Shown here: in pieces, positions 57,004 through 64,000 of the stretch
How positions within the stretch are numbered: position 1 is the stretch's first letter
Layout of the letters: the number at the start of each line of letters is the position of its first letter
From: the human T2T-CHM13v2.0 reference genome, Homo sapiens
DNA: 64,000 bases
Reading direction: 5' to 3' (one strand)
Assembly: GCF_009914755.1 (NCBI RefSeq)
Contig: NC_060929.1
The notes under the pieces: generated by a model
Seen by the model: only the letters and a program-made list of their open reading frames with translations
Databases searched by the model: none
Told to the model about the DNA's origin: nothing
Program-made: the position numbers and the translations under genes

Positions 57004-57331
57004 TGTGTTAGTCTGTTTTATGCTGAGACTGACTAATTTTAAAAGCAGAGAAATGAGTTCCTTCACAGTTCTGGAGACTGGGAAGTTTAATTTCAAGGTG
57101 CTAGCATCTAGTGAAGGCCTTCTTGCTGTTCCTTACATGGCAAAAGGAAGAAGGGCAAAAGAGAGTGAACCCACTACCACAGGTCCTTTTTATAGTGGCA
57201 TTAGTCTATTTTTGAGGGCAGAACCCTTATGACCTAAGCACCTCCCATTAGACCCCACCTCCCAACAGTGTGGCTTTGGCAGTGAAGTTTCTAACAGATA
57301 AAATTTGGAGACACATTCGAGCCATAACATA
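57004..57331 (-). mobile_element. MSTA/MSTB-type LTR (5' LTR of the MST element)
   Basis: tgtgttagtctgtttt...cacagttctggagactgggaag...cacctcccattagaccccacctcccaaca...ccataaca. Confidence 0.85.
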
Positions 57332-58291
57332 GAGGAAGTTACCATTTAAAATGTAGTCTATTTAGAATATTGAGATTCTGAGTGACTTTTACATTTTTTA
57401 TTGTGTATTTCTATAAGTAAAGGCCAAAGCAATGTTTTTCTTTTATAATAAAGAGTGATTCATTGGCATTTTATTTTTTTTCCAAATCATCTTTAATTTG
57501 GATAGAAATTGCTTTAGATTAATGGATTTATCTTATTTTTTCCTGAGACTGTTTTTCAATCAGCAAAACGACTATTGATATAGTTAATCTAAAGATCTCT
57601 GATATGATAGATGTCTAAGAGTAACCACTCTGTGCACACTAAAATGCTAGAAAGGAAACAAACCAAATAAGTAAAGAAGGCTATTTCCTGAGAGAAGGAT
57701 TCAGAGGGAAGGACTTTCCTTTCCTCTGTACCTTTCTCTATGGTTTAAATTTAAAAAAAAAACCAGTGAATATCATTTTGTTACTAAAATTGAAACCAAT
57801 ATTTTAACAGAACATAATCTGCACTGCAAAAGTACTAACTCCTATATGATGAAAACTGAAGGTCACAGCCAAGTCTCAGGTGTTGTAGACACTGAATTTC
57901 AACATTGGCTTTGTGACACCACAACAGAATTTCAATTACAGGATGCTCTGTGTTTAGAAAGAAGGAATATTAGAGACCATCTAATCCAAACCTCATCTGA
58001 CAAATGAGTAACCTAAAACTTAAATATCATGGTCAGAAAAATGATAAAAATGTGTGTTCAATTACTAGATATTGTATTCTTTCATTCATTCGCCAAATAG
58101 ATACTGAGAATCTGCTGTGTGCCTGGCACTGTTCTATGCATGAGGGAGCCAATGAACAAAACAGAAGCAATTCCAGCCATTGTGAAAGTTAGACTCTAAT
58201 GGGCTCCATTGCTTAGGTCAGTGACTCTGGACCTCTGGATCCTTGAAGATGCTGAATTATCAGTGGCTCCTAAACTGTGGTGTTTCAGGGA

Positions 58292-58679
58292 TACTATGGT
58301 TTAAATGTGTTCCTTCCAAAATTCATGTGTTGGAAATTTAATCCCCAATGTAACAATGTTGGGAGGTGGGGCCTAATGGGATGTGTTTAGGTGATGAAGG
58401 CTCTGCTCTCATGAATGGTTAAATGCTTTTATAAGAAAAACTGCAGAAGTGGGTTTTCCCTCTCTGTTCTTCTGTCATGTGAGGATACAGCATCCCTCCC
58501 CTTCAGAACACTCAGTATTCAAGGCATCATCTTGGAAGCAGAGAGATTGGGCCCCAACCTACCACTGTCTTGATATTGGACTTCCAGCCTCCAAAACTGT
58601 GAGAAAATAAATGTCTGTTTTTTCACAAATTACCCAGTATCAGGTATTCTCTTGTAGCAGCACACAACAGATTAAGACA
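58292..58679 (+). mobile_element. MSTC/MSTD-like solo LTR
   Basis: tactatggtttaaatgtg...ggacttccagcctccaaaactgtgagaaaataaa...taagaca; TSD aggga / agggg. Confidence 0.88.
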
Positions 58680-58849
58680 AGGGGTTACCTTGGGTAGCAG
58701 AGGTCAGGGAAAGAAGAGTTAATAGGTAAAGCTTTTAAAACTCTCTTAAGCCAGAGCTACTTCTTTTTAGCTATTTTATATGTTAGAATTGTACCTAAAT
58801 TTTTAGTTGCAGAATGGGGTTCAGCTCTTGAAAGGAAAGTTGAGATTGT

Positions 58850-59015
58850 CTGAACTGAAAGGTATGCATTAGAATCAATCACTTGAAGAGTACAACCCAC
58901 TTTCCATTCATTCTGACTCAGAAGGCTGGATTGAAACCTAAGAATCTGCATTTTAACCAGTCCACAGATGAATCTGTTGAGGCTAATAAAAAGTTCACAT
59001 TTTGTAAAATACTAG
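58850..59015. mobile_element. MER5-family fragment
   Basis: tgcattagaatca...ctaagaatctgcattttaac. Confidence 0.6.
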
Positions 59016-59884
59016 GATGTCTGGCAATGAATTAGCATATGATTCTCTAATGAGCACAGCAGATAGTTGCAAATAAAGACTTACTTTCCAGAAACACATT
59101 AATTTAGTTCATACCAATAAGTCATGGAGCATTTTTAGGAGGAGGAGTGGAGTAATATCATGCTATGAGAGATAATCATAACTTTTAGAACATAGGGAAA
59201 CACTGCCCCAGTTCATACCTATGTAAACAGAGATATTTCTACAAAACTAAGTCAAATGAATAAATGTCCATGTGTGCCCAAATCTGGATTTGGCGCTAGC
59301 AAAACCTAAGCTGGATTTAGTAATAATTATGAAACCATAGAGAAGTAATTTCAATATGCTGAGAGAAATGAGTGTGATTTGTAAAAATTCAATTGTACCC
59401 AAAGGAGACAAATTTTGCAATTTGGGGGATTGGAGTTCTCTGTAATTTTTATGGCTTTCCTCTTGATTATAAAAGTAATGTGTATTAGCTGAAGAGAACT
59501 TAGAAATTACAAAAAAAGGTTTTCTTTTTAAAAAAGCAAATTACCTTGGTCTCACAAAACAGCAGTGACTTCTACTGCTATAAACATTTTGCTATATATT
59601 CTTCCCAAATTAAATGCATATATTTAAAAATAAAATTCAAGATATATGTTAGTTTTTTATTTAATTTTTCAGTGTCAAGTTACAAAACAATTTTGTTAAA
59701 ATATATATTTTTGGAAAAAATCAGAAAAATAGCATAATATATATGGAAAATAAAAGATCAAATCAAATAATTATATACTTATGATAAGTACAGTTTTACA
59801 GAGATATTATATTTCCATAATGCTTTATTTGAAAAATCCTACCTTATAGTAATATAATTTTTTCAAAAAAAGTACTTAAGATTT

Positions 59885-60075
59885 TATTTTTTTAATAGAA
59901 AATATTTTACTTTAAGTTCTGGGGTATATGTGCAGAATGTGCAGGTTTGTTACATAGGTACACATGTGCCATGGTGGTTTGCTGCACCTATTCACTCGTC
60001 ATCTAGGTTTGAAGCCCCGCATGCGTTAGGTATTTGTCCTAATGCTCTCCCTCCCCTTGTCCCCCATCCCCCCCC
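59885..60075 (-). mobile_element. L1PA8-like short 3' insertion
   Basis: ttttactttaagttctgggg...catctaggtttgaagccccgcatgcgttaggtatttgtcc; degenerate TSD caaaaaaagt..ttaagatttta / caaaaaagttaaaatttta. Confidence 0.88.
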
Positions 60076-62343
60076 AAAAAAGTTAAAATTTTAGAAAGAC
60101 GTTTACTTCGTTCTACAGCATTAACTTTCTGAAAAACAAATTTAGAAATTATTGAATTTTCAGGTTGTAAAAAACAGCCATCATTTCTCTTTGCCCCCAG
60201 AAAAATATGGTCCTTCAATTGTTGGCAAGCCTCTTACGGAAAATCACCAAGGCTGCACAATGAGTCAGTGTCAGTGGAAGTCATGAAAGGGGAAAAAAAT
60301 GTTGAACACTGGCAGCACTGTGCTCACTCCAGAAAATAGAAATAATGCCTCTCTTCATCTACAACATTATTTTCTTTGACTTTCTAGTTGCATCTGGTAT
60401 AAAAGGGAACTATTTATAACACAAAGATTATTTGTGCCATATTATCAAGTTAATATACAGCAAGAGCACTGAATTTTCTTTCTTACCCAACCAATAATTT
60501 GAAAGGATGTGCTTAGCAGATAGTTATAGGCTTTAAGAAGAAAGGGGTGTCTGCTGTTAAATTAAAACGAATTGAGGAAAATAAGCTTATCTGTCATAAA
60601 CCCACAGATAATAATTATGGTAGAGCAAAATGTTTATTATCACAATGTTTATATAATATTATAATTAACAAAGGAATTATACTGAAGCACAATATATCAT
60701 TTATCTTCATCACTTTTGTGCCAAAAAAGACAGACACAGTAGTCTCTTTATGCCGCAGATAAAGAAGGTGTTGAATATGACCAGCAATCCAAGGCAGAAT
60801 CTGAAATACAAGCCAGGTATCTAATTCCTGATTAATATTCCAGTTTTTACTCAAAATAAGCCACTTTTGCATTCTTCAAAGGCTTTACAGAAATTTCTGA
60901 AGGCAAGAAAGGGATTATATTTAGAATTCTTATCTGCCTGTGTCCATGTTCCATCTCTGTTTGATAACAAAATCCCCTTAGAAGCAAAAACAGGCAGGTA
61001 TAACACATGAACGCATAAGTTGTGACTAGTATAGTTATGAGCTGACAACTAGACCTAGACTGAGAATGACCCTAGTTTAGGGCCTGAGCTTATAATGCTA
61101 GAGTTATGGGTCATTGTTTGAACTCCTATTGGCCTGATCCCTTTCTTTCTGTAGGGTGGCTAGCAGAGTGAGCACTTAGTACAGACATTCAAATGGCCAA
61201 GGTAAACCAGTGGTTTGATCATCCAATAAAGTTATCAGAAAGGTAAAACATACCTCTGGGCCTGCTGACTGCTCCTGTACTCCAGTTAGCAAAGCCTCAG
61301 AAGAATAAGGAATGAGTAAGGACATTGGTCTAGACAGTCATTCTGGGGACTTAAAGGAATGGGATAAGCATTTGCTGCAATCTTCAATCACTTGCACTCT
61401 TGCAGGTGAGGGTACTAATTAAAGTTAACGTTGAGTATTTAATGCCTGATGTTACCTTGGGCTTGTTAGAGGATATCACATTTATGATGTACCGTAGAGA
61501 TACACCTTTCAAGGGGGTGGTTTGTAAGTACATAATATAGATGAAAGTGCATCAAGTCAAAATTGCCTTGAGGAAAACTGCATATGAAAACCTAATAAAC
61601 ATGTTTTAAAACATTCAATATTGCCAAATTTGCCTCCCCTATTGAAACATACTGTGTTTCCCCCACCCTAATTGAACACTGCAAACTAATGTAGGTAGCT
61701 TGCTTCTGGGACATGTTGCATTGGAAAAAAAGAAAGAAAGAAAGAAAAGAAAAGTAGCTTTAAAGCCTAGAATCATACTCTGTATGGAGATATGCTCCTG
61801 ACTGAGAGAACAGGAAATTCTATCAAGGTTCTCACACTCACTTAGAGGCATGTATTCATTGCATGAAATGGCAATCGGAAGAGTCTGCAATATTTTAATT
61901 GCTCATTCATTTGTTCTCTTTTTCATTTCCAAGCTGCCATTCACACAATCTTGATTTCTGTTTCTCAGATCCTTCCTATCCACCAATCTGTTCCTTAGCA
62001 GAGCACAAAAATGTGAATTTGCAAACATTAAATACTCCCTTGGTATGGTTCCATTGTAGCATACTAAGCAGACATCTTCAATCAATCACAACATGACTTT
62101 CATCCCATGAGACTCAGATTGGACTTCATAGTCCTATCCCAACACAATCCTCCAGGCAACCACTACCAGCTGACCAGGACAGATGCTCTGACATGCCATA
62201 TGACATTTTTTAAACCACTTAGGTCCTTTATTTTTGAGCTTCAGTCACCTTTATGGCTAAAAAAAAAAAAAAAAAAAAATACATTAGATGAGATACTCTC
62301 CAGACCTTTTTCTGAAATTCTGTGATTTTATTATCTTTTATAG

Positions 62344-62661
62344 CAGAGATCAACAAACCAAGGCCTGCTGATCAAATCTATGCTGCCATCAGTTTTTGTA
62401 TAGCCTTGGAGCTAAAAATGAATTTTACATTTTTAAAACATTGGAAAAATCCAAAGAATACTATTTCATGACATAGAAATATAAAGTTAAAATTTGAGTG
62501 TCCATAAATAATACTTTATTGGAAAACAGTCATGCTCATTTACTTTCATATTCTCTATGGCTATTTTCCCACTATAATGGCAGAGTTAAGTAGTTGTATC
62601 AGACACCATATGTCCCGGAAACCTAAAATATTTACTAATTGATTCTTTACAGAAAAAGTTG
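62344..62661. mobile_element. MER58B-like hAT-Charlie MITE
   Basis: cagagatcaacaaac...ctttattggaaaacagtcatgctcattt...cctaaaatatttact...tttacagaaaaagttg. Confidence 0.85.
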
Positions 62662-64000
62662 AAACCAGAGTATGGTGAGAAAATTGTGGATTGAATGCCA
62701 GGTCAAAAGAAATGTTGTTTAACACAGAGGTTTAAGGATTATGAGGCAAAAGCAAGTGAAATAACATGAATATTTGTCAAAAAGTCATCCAATGGTACCC
62801 TTCTAAAATGTGAATTTCATTATAACATTTTTATTATTTTGTTATAAAATGTTTTATAAGAAAGAAGTTCCAAACATAAAAATAAAAAGGAACCAGGCCT
62901 TTACGGGGGACCATAAAGATAATCTGACATAAATGTTACAGGTTTCATGTTAGAGCTACTGTGAAATGTAAATTCAACATGAAATTTGTCAGTATTTCAT
63001 AACCCAGTTAAGATGTAAATTCAACAAATACTCTGCTTGGGAAAGATGCATTGTGTTCTATTTTTCAAATTGTTCAGTTTACTGATTAAAGTATTTTTAC
63101 ATTTACAAAAACAACTAACGTAACTTCCATACTCTTCTATTTCATAAGCTGAAATAAGTCCCTGCTTCCCTCACAGGGATGGTAGAAAGAATCTTTAGGA
63201 AAAATGCTCTAAGTCAAAGTATAATTTTTGATATTTATGTTTAATATTAGGATAATAATTCTTTTTTAAATAGCTTAATCATATGCTTACTCATGCTTTT
63301 ACAAGTCTTTGATTCAACAAATAATGCAAACTTAATCACTGTGCTTCTGATTAAGTCTGATATATGCAAAATGGAAATTGCTTATTTAATATCAACTGTC
63401 AATATGAGTTCACATTTAACTAGGTTGGAACCTATTTACATTCTAAAACCTTTTCAAACCTTTTCTTGTGTTCGAAAGTTTTGGAGCTGTTAATAACTCC
63501 ATATATATAAAGAAACATAGTTATCATTAGTTGATACATAATTTGCAATTTCTCTAACTCTCATTAATATTTGGGTAACTTTCAGTTCCTATTACTGGAA
63601 AAAAACAACTAAGCGAGAAGAAAACAACAATTGAGCAGGAGAATAAACATATTAAGTGTTTAGAAAGGAGAAAATATTAAAATCACATAATTAATTAAGA
63701 TAAACAATGTCTTCTGCAGAAAAGTTCATCTAACTTTCTATGGTTGGAAGAAAGATGGCTTTCAATAATGATAGAAGTTGGAAATAGACCACATTTACAG
63801 AATGCCTAAAACACAAATAAAAATAGGAAAATCGAGTTAATAATTCAGACATTTTTCAAACTCCTAATTAGTTGCATATGGATAGCTTGGATGGTGAAAG
63901 TCACATAAAAACGTCTATTATAGAATCTAGATTACCAATGTGTTGCATAATTTAAATAAGGCCACAAGTGGTAAACTTGCCTGAGTTAATTAGATCTACT

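Overview
AT-rich, CpG-depleted primate non-coding DNA (intergenic or deep intronic), roughly half recognisable interspersed repeats: Alu J/S/Y, L1PA/PB/MA/MD/ME, L2, MIR, MaLR/ERV LTRs, and hAT, mariner and Tigger DNA transposons. I can support no host protein-coding exon, functional RNA gene or CRISPR array. The short ORFs in the track are repeat-derived or chance. Repeat subfamily names come from my recall of consensus sequences and were not computed. Most notable structures: (1) a twin-primed (5'-inverted) L1 at 35145-37701 whose inversion junction supplies an in-frame ATG for an open 420-aa RT ORF that keeps all three catalytic Asp; (2) a 465-bp non-repeat segment copied about 3.1 kb upstream into an L2 element (templated insertion, 8 substitutions); (3) a strong CTCF motif in a CpG-retaining patch at 40.6-41.1 kb next to a deletion scar; (4) a second, much older twin-primed L1MA; (5) a duplication-plus-inversion around a MADE2 hairpin. 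I found no convincing novel multi-component biological system. The best candidates are rearrangement by-products whose function is unproven.
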